Positions 22,690 to 34,414 of a DNA stretch of 39,797 bases are shown in pieces. The translations under genes were made by a program, and so were the position numbers. Source of the DNA: Octopus bimaculoides (lineage: Eukaryota); the NCBI RefSeq assembly GCF_001194135.2, contig NC_068994.1, positions 47,173,354 to 47,213,150 of the forward strand, in the 5' to 3' direction. The notes below the pieces were generated by a model. That model did not search any database, was not told the DNA's origin, and saw only the letters and a list, made by a program, of their open reading frames with translations. The first letter of the stretch is position 1. The number at the start of each line of letters is the position of its first letter.

Positions 22690-23017
22690 ATGCTTGGCAC
22701 AGTGGTTAGAGCACCAGGCTTACAATCATGAGGTTGTGGGTTCAATTCCTGGATCAAGTTGTATGTTGTATTCTTGAGGAAAACGCTTTCATGTTGCTCT
22801 GGTTCACTCAGCTGTAGAAATAAGTTGCAACATCACTGGGGCCAATTTGTATTGGCCTTTGCCTTTCCCTCGGATAACATCAGTGGTGTGGAGAAGGGGT
22901 GCTGGAATGCATGGGCGACTGCTGGTCTTCCATAAATGACCTTGCCCAGACTTGTGCCTTGGAGGGGAATTTTCTAGGTGCAATCCCATGGTCATTCTGA
23001 CTGAAAGGGGTCTTTAT
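22690..23017 (+). mobile_element. CORE-like tRNA SINE, family C
   Basis: A/B boxes (AGTGGTTAG, GGTTCAATTCC), GTTCACTCAGCTGTAGAAAT CORE-like domain, shared 3' tail. Confidence 0.85.
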
Positions 23018-23269
23018 CCTGACCTGTTTTTTTTTTTATATCAAGGACTGAATTATTCAACAATACTCACCCCACTTTTTCTAAGTAAAGAAATTCAGTA
23101 GGGTGATGTTTGAAGGAAATTTTGCTTCTATTTTTAGCAGTCTGGTTGACCATGTAAAGGCTCCATAGCAGTGGCCACAGTGGAGGTGGTAAAAATACAC
23201 AGAGTATGACACTTGTTGCTCCTCTACATTATTCATGGTCTGCATCTCAGCACACTGTTTTAAACTGAT

Positions 23270-23306
<37 letters not shown>

Positions 23307-23400
23307 AAGAGAGAGTCATTAATTTTGGACTGTTTGAGTTTGTGGTTTATTGAGATAGCATTTTAGGTTGCTATTGCAGAAATGTTCTGAGGGTGATTAA

Positions 23401-23619
23401 CCCTCTTGCATTCAAGTTATTCTGTCAAATGTAATGCTTATTTATTCACATTGATTTGAATTAGTCATGCATTACCTTGTAGCTTAGAGATTTCACTGAT
23501 GTGATTGTTCGTTTCTACAATAATTTTATAGGGTAAGTATGAGAGGTCAGATCTGGTCAGTTTGAACATAAAGCAGGTAGAATATTTTGGCCAGATATGG
23601 TCAGATTAAATACTAAGGG
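23401..23619. mobile_element. piggyBac-type MITE, same family as 37759-37979
   Basis: TTAA-CCC...AGGG-TTAT termini; interior alignable to 37759-37979 (e.g. AGATCTGGTCAGTTTGAACATAAA). Confidence 0.75.
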
Positions 23620-23838
23620 TTATTAAACCTGCTGCAGCAAGGACTGTAAAGGTTAGAAATTGCTGTGGTAACAAATTGTGTGAATTTTGTTTGTCCGAAA
23701 TAATCTTTCCTAGTCTGTTTGCCTTCTGTTTGAATGTTGGCAAAATCCCCAGGTCATTAATACTCTATAACACAAGACATCTACTTGCTGCTTGTATTTT
23801 GTGATTTAATTTTTTTTTTTCATTTCTCTCTCCTACAG

Positions 23839-23976
23839 AATTTTCTAAAAGCCTCACCTCCAGCTGATGATAGATCTCTCTCCCAGGAGACCCTCCCAGA
23901 TGACGTTGAAACACCACCCATTTCTTCAAAGACTGACCAGTCTAAAAGAAATGAAAACGACCACCTACTAAATTAG
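23839..23976 (+). CDS. SPPL2: SPPL2 terminal coding exon, cytosolic tail ending ENDHLLN*
   Basis: Pyrimidine tract + CAG acceptor, phase 0 compatible, 45 codons then TAG. The acidic/Pro/Ser-rich tail is plausible but has no homology support. Confidence 0.75.
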   Translation, partial: NFLKASPPADDRSLSQETLPDDVETPPISSKTDQSKRNENDHLLN

Positions 23977-24210
23977 TTGCCTAATGAATATTGGGATGCA
24001 AGAAAATCGCTGACTTTTACGCCATCTTTCTGGCATTACATTATGCCAGGCCTTTTGGTTTGTGAATATCCGTGTTTCTCCCTGTGTGTCTGTGTGTCTG
24101 TGTGTGTGTGCATGTATGTATTTCGTGTGTACACCTATGTGTGTTTTTGGTGGTTGGGGTTAGATTTACAATTTGAAATAAGAGTAAATGTATATAATAC
24201 ATAAAGTTTG

Positions 24211-24256
<46 letters not shown>

Positions 24257-25224
24257 ATATATATAATATATGACAGGAATTGTAACAAATGTTCCATTCC
24301 ATCTTAGCAAAGTTTGACTGCCAAAGTAAAAGATAAACCAACTGAGGAGTAGGCTCAGAACGGCAGAGTTGATATCATATCAGGCTACAGAATCTCAGGT
24401 ATTAAGTTAACCTTTTTGCTAAATATTTTAGGCAGGAGGCCCTTTATTCTGCCTTGTTTGAGTTCTGTTGCTTCTTGGAAGAAGAGGTACCAGAATCACG
24501 AGAATGTTACCTTTATTATAAACTAGCATTCTATCCAGGAACAGATTTGACTCTCATTTGCCGAGTGCCATGAGACTAAAGCTGAGCACTGGCTGAACCT
24601 GCGAGACCCTTACATGTTCTACTGGTATCCATAGCTCATTGCATTGTGTCTTGACATATTAGCTTCACATATCTCACTCCTCTCCAAGATATCCCTTATG
24701 ATAAGGTAAGCTTTTAGGTGGTCGTTAAGTGGAGCTACTGTGAGGGAAATATCTGAGTGTGTCTGAGGGGCTCAATACAAGACATCAGAGTTCTCTATCT
24801 CATGACAACTAAATTTATTACCATCTACAAACTCTCTTCAGATTCTTTTACTACTGTTGTCAGTGCTGCCGTTTGACCATTTTCCTCGGATTCCAGATTT
24901 TATCCTTATCTCCGTGTTAAAATTCTACTAATAAATTATTACTTTCTATGGTACCTTTTACTAGCTCAGTGGACACCAGATCATTTGCGACTTGACCACA
25001 GACACAACACAATGCCTGTTGTGCAGGTTATAAACCATCAACTGTTCAGATAACAGTTTGACATCATATCAGCTGAAACCAGCAAAATAACTTACCTGTA
25101 TTTGGTAAAATTTCTTTGCATTCTCTCTGAATCCTGTTTTGTTTAACGTTCCCTTTTCCTCCTCTAAGGGTTGATAAAATAATCATTATTCATTTCGGCT
25201 TCATTAAATATACTATGCCTCTCT

Positions 25225-27020
25225 TCCCACCAGGGTCACCTTTCCCTTTCATCTTTTGGGGTTGGTAACATAAGTGCCAGCTGAGCATTGGGGTCAGTGT
25301 GATTGACTAAACCCCACTTCTAAAAATTTGGGGTCATGTGCCTATTGTAGAAAGGATTGTTATTACTACTATTTAAAGCAGCAAGCTGGCAGAATAGTTA
25401 GCACACTGGACAAAATGCTCAGCAGCATTTTATCCATCTTTACATTCTGAGTTCAAATTCTGCCAAGGTTGACTTTGCCTTTCGTCCTTTTGGAAAATAA
25501 GTACCAGTTGAGTACTGGGGTTGATGTAATTGCCTAGCCCACTCCCTCAGAATTCCAGGCCTTGTGCTTTTAGTAAAAAGGATTAAGGATTATTATTAAG
25601 GTGGTGGACTGGCAGAATCATGAAAGCATTAGACAAAATGCCATGTCGGTATTAATATTTGTTCCAGTTCCTCATGGTCTGAATTCAAATTCTTCAGAGG
25701 GAGACTTTGCCTTTCATCCTTTTGGGGTTAATGGAATAAAATATCAGTCAGATACTGGGATCAATGGCATTGACATATCCCCTACTCTGAAAAATTGCAT
25801 GTAAGTTAGAAACCATTATTATTTCATCAAAATGGTGATTAGAATTGTTGGTGTTAACGATCCTTTATAATCCAAGTTCAAATGCCACTAAACTCAACTT
25901 AGCATTTTATTCTTTGGGGATCTGCGTAATCAACTAACCCCAACCTCAAAAGTATTGATCTTCTGCCTAAATTCGAAATTATTAGATATCCTGGGTTGGC
26001 AGAATCATTAGAGCATTAGTAAAAATACTTTGCAATATTTATTCAGTCTTTATATAAGTACCATTTGGGCATTGATGGGTCAAATATAATCAACTAACCC
26101 TGCCAAAATTTCAGGCCTTGTGCCTATAGTAGAAAGACTATTATTGTAACTGAATGAAGTGGTAATTTTGCATATAAATGTCAACTTATGACAGGTGTGC
26201 ACCAAGCTCACTGGCACCATTTCCTGTCTTATATTATGTCATTTTAGATTATTAATATTATAGAAAGTGGTGATTGGCAGAGCACCGAACAAACTACTTT
26301 GCGGTATTTAAATTCGTCCCTTTTTTACATCCTTAGTTCAAATCCCACCAGAATCAACCTTGCCTTTCATACTAACAGGTTGGAGAGGTCAATAAAATAA
26401 AAACACCAGTCAAGTGCAAAAGGGCAATACAGTTGCTGGCCTTGTGTGTGTATGTTAGAAATTTTAATTATTGTTGTTGTTGTTTTTTGCTGTTGTTTAC
26501 AAACTCTGAGTGCCATTTTGTTTTTATTTTAAAGATGGAGGAATCTTTAGAAAACCATTTTACAAGTCAATTCTACCCACTTTTTCTTTTAGTTTTCCCT
26601 AATTTAAATTTAATATCAGTCCTCTAAAATTTAGTCAATTCTACCCACTTTTTCTTTTACTTTTTCCCTAATTTAAATTTAATATCAGTCCTCTAAAATT
26701 TTTAAAATGCTACATTTTACTAAATCGGGCTTTTATATCTCATCTGAGGATGGGCTATTATTAGTGTGATTATTATAATTATTATTGTTATTACTACTTA
26801 GGCAGTGAGCTAGCAGAATCGTTAGCACACCAGGCAAAATGCTTAGTAGTATTTTGTCTGTCTTTATGTTCTAGTTCAAATTCTGCTAAGGTCAACTTCC
26901 TGTCAGGGTCGATAAAATAAGTACCAGCTGAACAGTGGGGCAATGTAATCGACTAGACCCCTTCCCCCAAAATTACTAGCCTTGTGCCAAAATTTGAAAC
27001 CATTATTATTACTACTACTA
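25225..27020 (+). mobile_element. Head-to-tail cluster of about 7 family A SINE copies
   Basis: Copies at about 25225, 25374, 25598, 25830, 25990, 26265 and 26799, same orientation, each ending in (ATT)n-like tails. Confidence 0.82.
26565..26701. repeat. 68-bp tandem duplication
   Basis: AGTCAATTCTACCCAC...CCTCTAAAATTT at 26565 and 26633; one substitution and one indel. Confidence 0.95.
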
Positions 27021-27389
27021 CTACCGTTATTTTGGCAACAAGAAGAATGGTTTCCATTGTAACTCTTGAGTTTTTTTTGGGGTTTTTTTTTTACTCTCAT
27101 AACCTGGTTTACAATATATCAAAGAATATTGAAACTTGTTTTACTCCTGCATGTATTTTAAAAATATTTCGTTATCATATAAATGAAATTTAATAAACTG
27201 TACAAACAGAAAATCCTAATTCGTCTGTATAACAAAGACTTATTAAAAATGTTTAATCAAATTGAAGAAAACAAATTGTTTATTCTCATTGTTGTTTGTT
27301 TATTATAGCACATTCTTCTTCATACATGGCCATTTCCCTCACCGATACACTTTAGTTCCAACACTAATACACTTCAATGTATTAGTGTC

Positions 27390-27615
27390 TGTCTCTCCCT
27401 GTCTCACTCTCTCAATCTGCCTTTCTCTTCCTGTCTGCCTGTCTCTCTTTCTCTCACTCACTGTTTTTTTTTTCTCTCTCTCTCTCTCTGTATCTCTCAT
27501 TTTTCTCTTTTTCTCTGTCTGTCTGTCTCTCTCTATCTCTCCTCCTCTGTCACCCTCACGCTCTTTCTCTCTCTCTCTCTTTTTCACTCTGTCTGTCTGT
27601 CTCTCTCTCCCCCTC
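27390..27615. repeat. CT/CTGT low-complexity tract
   Basis: Visible simple repeats. Confidence 0.9.
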
Positions 27616-28159
27616 TCACCCTTAGTGGTTCGGCAGTAGATATCGATAAAATGTCCCCGTAACTTAGCGATTCAGCAATGGTGATCCATAAAAGGATGTG
27701 AAGTTAAAAAAAATTTGTTTTTGATTTCACATTAATCATAAAATTTTTTTTTTTTTTTATTGAAGACGAAACCCACTTTCTGGATTTGTATATAGTTTAC
27801 AAAATACTTGATATGAACTCGTGTATTGTGACGCATTTTGTTGTATCCCGGGAAGGTCCTTATGCCAATAATAAACATTATTCGACAATTGGTTTTCCAT
27901 TTAACCAACTAACTAATGAAAATAAAGAAATGAAATAAATTAGTCTGAGTGTTTATTATTGGTATAATGACGCCAACAAATACACAATGAAAAAAATATG
28001 TAAAAGGGAAATAACTCTTAAAATTTAGGAGCAATTTAAGAGTTATCTAACTTACTTTTTCTAAGTATAGTTCCAATTTTCACCAATACTAAACGGCACA
28101 CGAAGTAAGTCCATGTTACAAACATTATTGGACACGATAAGCTTACACCTGCAAGATTC

Positions 28160-28939
28160 TGTAGTGAAACCTATCTCTCGGGTATTTATTTACAAATGCG
28201 AACGTAGCAGGTAACATCTAGCCCTCGGCCCGCTTGGACCCTGCTGTGTCCATCACCCTGATTGGCTCTTATTTGCGCCAGGGTGAACATCAACCAATCG
28301 TGGCCTTCTGATAAAGTCACGTGAGAGTGTTTTTCTGCTGTTTCTGGAGCCCCTTTTTCTCTATAAATAAGCCTGTTTTATCCACGCCAGTTTGTCTCGG
28401 CCTTTGCCCTCTCACAGGTCTGGTTGTTGACCATCTCACAGAACACAGCTCTAGCCAGTTTACAGCGACGACGTCAACACCACCGTTCTACTGTCTTCTA
28501 CAGTCCCGTCGCCAGCGCCAACACGACGCCACCAGAGTACACACTACCAACAGCAATCGCGGTTTCATCTCAACACTGTGTGGATTGTTTCCATCTCGAA
28601 AGAACAGCCAGAACAACCTGCGAGAATCTTCTGTTTCTCGGAGCACAATATCCAGGCGAGCCTTTTTTTTTGAAAGACGATAATGTGTAATTTGATAGAT
28701 ATTTAGTAGGTGTTTTTAGGCAGCTCGAGTGACCACATCAAAGCTCCATCGTCGTCTCGTCAAGTGACGCTTGTAAATGTTGTATGCGTTGAGCTTGCAA
28801 GCAAATTTTTTTTGTAATCGCTCGAAACAATGTCCTTAATAAAGATTTTAGTACTTTTAAACATGGGAGATAGAGGCTTAAATGTAATCAACAGAACTTA
28901 TTAGATATATGACGAGTTCAACTAGCAATCAAACCTACA
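28160..28939 (+). mobile_element. Putative solo LTR / promoter-bearing insertion
   Basis: TGTAG...CTACA termini, flanks ATTC/ATTT (3/4), CCAAT boxes 28261 and 28294, GTCACGTGA 28316, TATAAATA 28362, AATAAA 28838; CpG-rich. Boundaries uncertain. Confidence 0.45.
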
Positions 28940-29559
28940 ATTTCCTGGGGAATGATAAGAGCAATGATGCATATATACAGCTGGTCGACTTTCTTAACAT
29001 AACTAACAAATCTTTAACAAGAAACTCACACAATGCAAAAAACGATACACCGCCACAGCAGTAACTGTATTCAACTGAATAGACGTCAGTGATTGGTTGA
29101 AATTATCGAAATAAGACAACTTTTAACATGAAATAACTTCGAATACAAAATTTATCTGTTCTATAACACAAAATATACAAGTATACGAAGTTTGAAAGTG
29201 TTTCGGTACCAAGAACACTACATAAATGAAAAATGTTGCCCGTCAAACCAAAAAGATCCGTAGTATGTATTCACAGCCAACACAAAACTCAGCCCCCACA
29301 CACACACACATACGCGCGCNNNNNNNNNNTATAAATTTGCATGTGCACTGACTCCAAATACTGCACATATATCCACATACATGCAAAAATATCCTCTCTA
29401 TGTAGACCCCATAGCAGTGCATGGACACCTGTTTTTTTTTTTTTTGTTTTTTTTTCGTTTTAAACACTTATGAGTTGAAAGGAGAGAGAAATACCTACAA
29501 ATATTTTTCGTGGTTTCTTTTTGCTACATTGATAGACTATAAATAAAGTTAACTGCCCA

Positions 29560-29691
29560 TTCAGTGGAACAGAGTAAAAACCAAAGGTAGAAGCCGGAAA
29601 AATCGTGAGTGGGATGAGCTGCTATTTGTTTTACGGTCGTTTCTGAAATGTTCGCTAGCTTTACACGTTTGCATTGTGTACAAATGTAAAC
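29560..29691 (+). promoter_or_regulatory. Probable HDDC3 proximal promoter / 5'UTR
   Basis: CpG-retaining segment directly upstream of the ATG; ETS-like CCGGAA at 29594-29599; start context AAACATGG. TSS not determinable. Confidence 0.45.
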
Positions 29692-29803
29692 ATGGAAGAT
29701 ATGTTAAGTACAGTGATCGAATGTGCCAACTTCGCGGCTATTAAACACAAAAACCAAAAACGTAAAGACGTGGAAGGAACACCGTACATAAACCATCCAA
29801 TAG
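29692..29803 (+). CDS. HDDC3: HDDC3/MESH1 exon 1 (MEDMLSTVIECANFAAIKHKNQKRKDVEGTPYINHPI)
   Basis: Matches human AADFAARKHRQQRRKDPEGTPYINHPIG; TAG|GTATTC donor, phase 1. Confidence 0.96.
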
Positions 29804-30639
29804 GTATTCATTTTTTTTTAAATGTAAGGCTGGCAAGATCTAAGAGCCTTACTTTATAGAACTGCGGGATGACTTGCACCTAATAGAACAATTATTTCCC
29901 TTTAGGTGTTGAGTTCAAATCATGCTGTGGTTGATGTTTATACTATTCTTAGACCCAAAATATGTGATTTTGTACCTAATCTCGTCAGTAAGCTGCCGAT
30001 AAGCCAAGAATAACGAGCAATTTCAATATATGATCGAAGCTATGGCATTTAATTCATGTCTTTACGAAACCAAGTTCAATCGGAAAATCCCATACCTGTT
30101 TCTTTTGAAGTACGAGCCCTTCATTTTCAGAAATGTGTACTTTGTTTTGCTTTTCTGCTTTCTGAAATGTTGGTTAGCTTAACCTGATTGTAAGCTTAAT
30201 TATATTATTATTAATTGAATCCACGTGCTTTGTCAAAAGACAAATTTAAGATCGGCAGCAAAACTGAACTTGCCTTAGTTTCGCACACAGTTGTTGTGTC
30301 TATCAGTTTAAGGAGTTTTACTTGATGGACCTTAAGATATAAGTTCAGTTTTTCATTACTAACGGTAAATACGTAGAAAGTAACTAAGAAGACAATATGC
30401 ATATTATGATTAAAGAAACTTACAGGAGAATTTTGTCAACTATCAAAATAACAGAGTTATGTCCCTTCAATTAATGCCGCTTTCCTGTTTTGCGCGAAAG
30501 TACTGGAAATGATTTTTCTTATGGTAGTCGCCCAGAAGGCCGTGTTTCTCATAGCTGGCTTATATCAGGTTCATGGTTGATTATTAGGATAGTAACTTAA
30601 CACTAATTTCTTTCCCAAAGATAAATGGTTTAAGTTTAA

Positions 30640-31460
30640 TTATTATTTAGACAAGGCTGCAACTGGTGCCCTCAGCTAAGCCAGTCTTCCAAACATCTTG
30701 TTAGCATCCAGTAATTTCTGCTTCTATATTTTAGAGTCCAGCGTTCACAGCCATATAGTAACATAAACTCTACAGCTGAATACGAGAAGCTGGGATTAAT
30801 ATGTCCATTCACTGGCTATGCCATTCAAAGTCTTTCATGCAAAATTCCTTTCTCACTTTGAGGTTTTGCTCAGGTATCTGAAGTCTTTGATTTCCATTTG
30901 AGTAGCACTCCAGTTGTCATTAGTGGTGCACGGCCTTGGAATACGTTGTAAGTGATGACCTTGGTTTTCATCACTTTAATCAAAGACCAACCTCCACTCT
31001 GCTCAAGAGCTGAGCTTGCTTCTTATGGTCAAACAGCAGGCTGATGATGTTTGCATAGTCCACATCCGGAGGCGCAATGGCCCAGTGGTTAGGGCAGCAG
31101 ACTCGCGGTTTCGCTTCCCAGACCGGGCGTTGTGAGTGTTTATTGAGCGAAAACACCTGAGGCTCCGGCAGGGGATGGTGGCGAACCCTGCTGTACTCTT
31201 TCACCACAACTTTGTCTCACTCTTACTTCCTGTTTCTGTTGCACCTGTAATTCAAAGGGTCAGCCTTGTCACGCTGAATCTCCCCGAGAACTACGTTAAG
31301 GGTACACGTGTCTGTGGAATGCTCAGCCACTTGCACGTTAATTTCACAAGCAATGTTCCTATTCACATTTATTGATAGCCTCCAAGTGTATAATCCAGGA
31401 CTATGATGAAAAAGGAGAAGGGCATGAGAGTGTCTCCTTGCAATATTTATACCAGGATAA
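30640..31460 (-). mobile_element. RTE-clade LINE reverse-transcriptase remnant, interrupted by a SINE
   Basis: Minus-strand motifs LQGDTLMPF...IIVLDY (about 31390-31445), DYANIISLL (decayed YADD), KTKV and LLYGCERWTL; many stops. Confidence 0.85.
31068..31353 (+). mobile_element. CpG-rich (younger) tRNA-derived SINE inserted in the RTE remnant
   Basis: A-box-like TGGCCCAGTGG and B-box-like GGTTTCGCTTCC head; splits the RT between the QGD and YADD motifs. Confidence 0.75.
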
Positions 31461-32051
31461 TTAATAATATTTCATTTAACCAGCAACTACAAGAATCAGT
31501 TTTAGATATTTTTCTGCATTTCTTCTATGTTCTTATCAAAATATAGCTGCATTGTAGCTTGTCAAAGTTATAGCAAACAAATTGTTAATATACAGAAGTA
31601 TATATTTGTTGACAGAAAAATAGCATTGTTTAAAATTAAATAAATATAAACTGCCATTTAAATGATAAACAATAGATCAGTTGATGTCAGCATATTTGAA
31701 GTTTGGATATTACAATAGTACGATAGCTGGAACAGTCAGACTATCCTCGGGTGATGGTAGCAAAATGTGTCAGAAGCAACATATTATTCATTGATTAATA
31801 TTATTTTCTTTCCCACTGCTTATTTCTTATTTCAAGCTCTTTGTTACTCTAGTCCTTAATGTGCATAGATCGACCTATTATTCATTAAGATTAGGCTGTT
31901 TTTTTAATTTTCTTACAGTTCACTAATAACCCAGAACATAATATATAACAAGTTCAAAAAATGGTATACATTATTTAGTTTATTGTAAGGAAGAGGAGAA
32001 ATCCAATGTTTCTGACCGAACCTCATCTCACTTCTTTCTCACAGCAAACTA

Positions 32052-32300
32052 AGGCATATGGCTCAGTGGTTAGAGCATCAGGCTCATAATCATGAGGTAG
32101 TGAGTTCAGTTCCTGGACTGGCCTGTGTGTTGTGTTCTTGGAGTTGCAACATCACTGGTGCCAAGCTGTATCAGCCTTTGCCTTTCCCTTGGATAACATC
32201 TGTGGTGTGGAGAGGGAAGGCTGGTATGCATGGACAACTTATGCCTTGGAGGGGAACTTTCTAGGTGCAATCCCATGGTCATTCATGAAGGAAGGGGTTC
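32052..32300 (+). mobile_element. SINE family C with internal deletions
   Basis: TGGCTCAGTGGTTAG head; GCAATCCCATGGTCATTCATGA tail shared with the other copies. Confidence 0.82.
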
Positions 32301-32319
32301 CTTCTTATTGTAGCCATGA

Positions 32320-32580
32320 CACCATATGCCAAATCCTCACTGATTTCATGAACAGAGATCTCAAAAGCATCTTCCAATGGGGATATACCAACCTTGTCCG
32401 TCTATCATAAAACAGGAACAAAAATGCTACACATATCACGAAAACAGTGTGTGTTCCCCCCCCCCCCCTAGTCATGAGCAGCACTCAGCTAGCATCTTCA
32501 TGATTGTTCCAAATGCTAGGTCTCACTATTTCCAAGGATCTCTTCTGAAGAAAGCACCTCCTTACAATAGCTAGTATTAT
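32320..32580 (+). mobile_element. Possible highly decayed LINE 3' fragment
   Basis: IVPNARSHYFQGSLLKKAPPYNS weakly resembles LINE ORF2 C-terminal motifs. Confidence 0.25.
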
Positions 32581-32985
32581 ATCCCAACAACCAACCTTTC
32601 ACCTCCAACAATTATTAATGCTGTCTAAAATTAGGGTCCCTAATTTGCTGCTGGTGTACTCCTGTTTATTCTGACCAATATATATTTATTACAATTTGTA
32701 CATTTGATACAGTAAATAAAAAATCCCTCTGGTGGTGTTTTAAATCTAAAAATAATAAGGTAGATCAGTTGGTCAAAATTTTTGGGTAATGGAGTCTTTA
32801 AAGTCAACAGATATTTTAGTCATTTCAGATGGAAATATTAAGTGTGATCAAGTGATTCTGATATATTTATTAAGAGTTTTTGTTCTTGACATTTGTTAGG
32901 TTTTATACTTCTTACAAGTAGCCTATTTCTATTAAGAATATATATTCAAAATGCATATTGATTTTGCATTCTATTTGTCACTTAG

Positions 32986-33041
32986 GCGTGTCCTACATAT
33001 TGACCAACGAAGCAGGTATTACTGACCCACTAGTCATCCAG
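32986..33041 (+). CDS. HDDC3: HDDC3 exon 2 (GVSYILTNEAGITDPLVIQ)
   Basis: TAG acceptor, CAG|GTAATC donor, 56 nt phase 1/0; matches GVARILTHEAGITDIVVLQ. Confidence 0.95.
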
Positions 33042-34163
33042 GTAATCACTTGATTTTTTGTTTGTTTATTTTAATATATTTTCCAGAACTTGTGTGTGTG
33101 TGTGTGTATATATGTATATCATATATATATATATATATATATATATGATAATGAATTNNNNNNNNNNNNNNNNNNNNNNNNNNNNNNNNNNNNNNNNNNN
33201 NNNNNNNNNNNNNNNNNNNNNNNNNNNNNNNNNNNNNNNNNNNNNNNNNNNNNNNNNNNNNNNNNNNNNNNNNNNNNNNNNNNNNNNNNNNNNNNNNNNN
33301 NNNNNNNNNNNNNNNNNNNNNNNNNNNNNNNNNNNNNNNNNNNNNNNNNNNNNNNNNNNNNNNNNNNNNNNNNNNNNNNNNNNNNNNNNNNNNNNNNNNN
33401 NNNNNNNNNNNNNNNNGTATATAAGGTAGAAAGTATGGTGAGTGATTACATGTGGTTGAATATATACAGAAAAAAAATAAGATTAAAAAACACAGATTTG
33501 TTTTACAAGCCTAAAAAATATATTAGAATCATAATTGCAAAAGTATTATACAATATTGTACAAAATAAGAATTTTTTCTTCCAACATAATAACCTGTTTC
33601 ACTATCGCTTTTCAAATTAAGAGTTTTGGATGAATTTCCTAATTAGACATTCAGAAATTCATCCAAAACTCAAAATTTGAAAAGTGATAGTGAACCAGTT
33701 ATTATGTTGGAAGAAAAAAAATCTTATTTTGTACAATATTGTATAATACTTTTGCTATTAGATTCTAATATATTCTTTAGGCTTGTAAAACAAATCTGTG
33801 TCTTTTCATCTTATTTCTTTCCGTATATATGCATATATTTATACACACACACACAAATATATATCAAAGACCACATATATACATATTTGTTTTGCAAGAT
33901 TTTTGATGTGAAATCGTGTGTTGAAAATGGCTGATAGTTAGCAAGGTGAGACACACATAAGAAAGAAGAAAGCAAAGGACCACTGATGAGGTCACAGAAG
34001 TGTGACGAAAGAACTCTGGCCGAAATAGGATTAATGTAATATAATGTAATATAAAGCTGAAGCAAATTAACATAAATATACAGTGCGTGTGTTTTTATTG
34101 GCTAAACTGGCAATATGACCATCCCCAAGTACAACAACCACATATATATTTCTTTCTTTGCAG

Positions 34164-34245
34164 GCAGCACTGCTTCATGACACAGTAGAAGATACAGACA
34201 CCACTCTGCAAGAAATTGAGGACCATTTTGGTAAAGAAGTGGCAG
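34164..34245 (+). CDS. HDDC3: HDDC3 exon 3 with HD motif ([27 protein letters not shown])
   Basis: CAG acceptor, CAG|GTAAAG donor, 82 nt phase 0/1; LLHDTVEDT metal-binding motif of SpoT-type hydrolases. Confidence 0.97.
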
Positions 34246-34414
34246 GTAAAGTTCTATACTCAGTTTACCACTACTTGATTACCTGCTGGAAGAGATTAAT
34301 ATCACTCATGCTAAAACTGATTCTTTGACAATTCCCATCAGAAGGCCAGTACCTCTTTTCTGTCACACATTGTTTCTTATGCTGTCTAATATTGTTTATA
34401 TTAGAACCATAACA

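Noticed and set aside
27262-27639. 125-aa and 82-aa ORFs
   Set aside because: (CT)n low complexity.
28321-28690. 120-aa and 88-aa ORFs in the LTR-like block
   Set aside because: No ATG-initiated recognisable domain; GC-richer DNA yields chance ORFs.
31068-31140. tRNA-like heads here and at 22690 and 32052
   Set aside because: No complete cloverleaf; they continue into SINE bodies.
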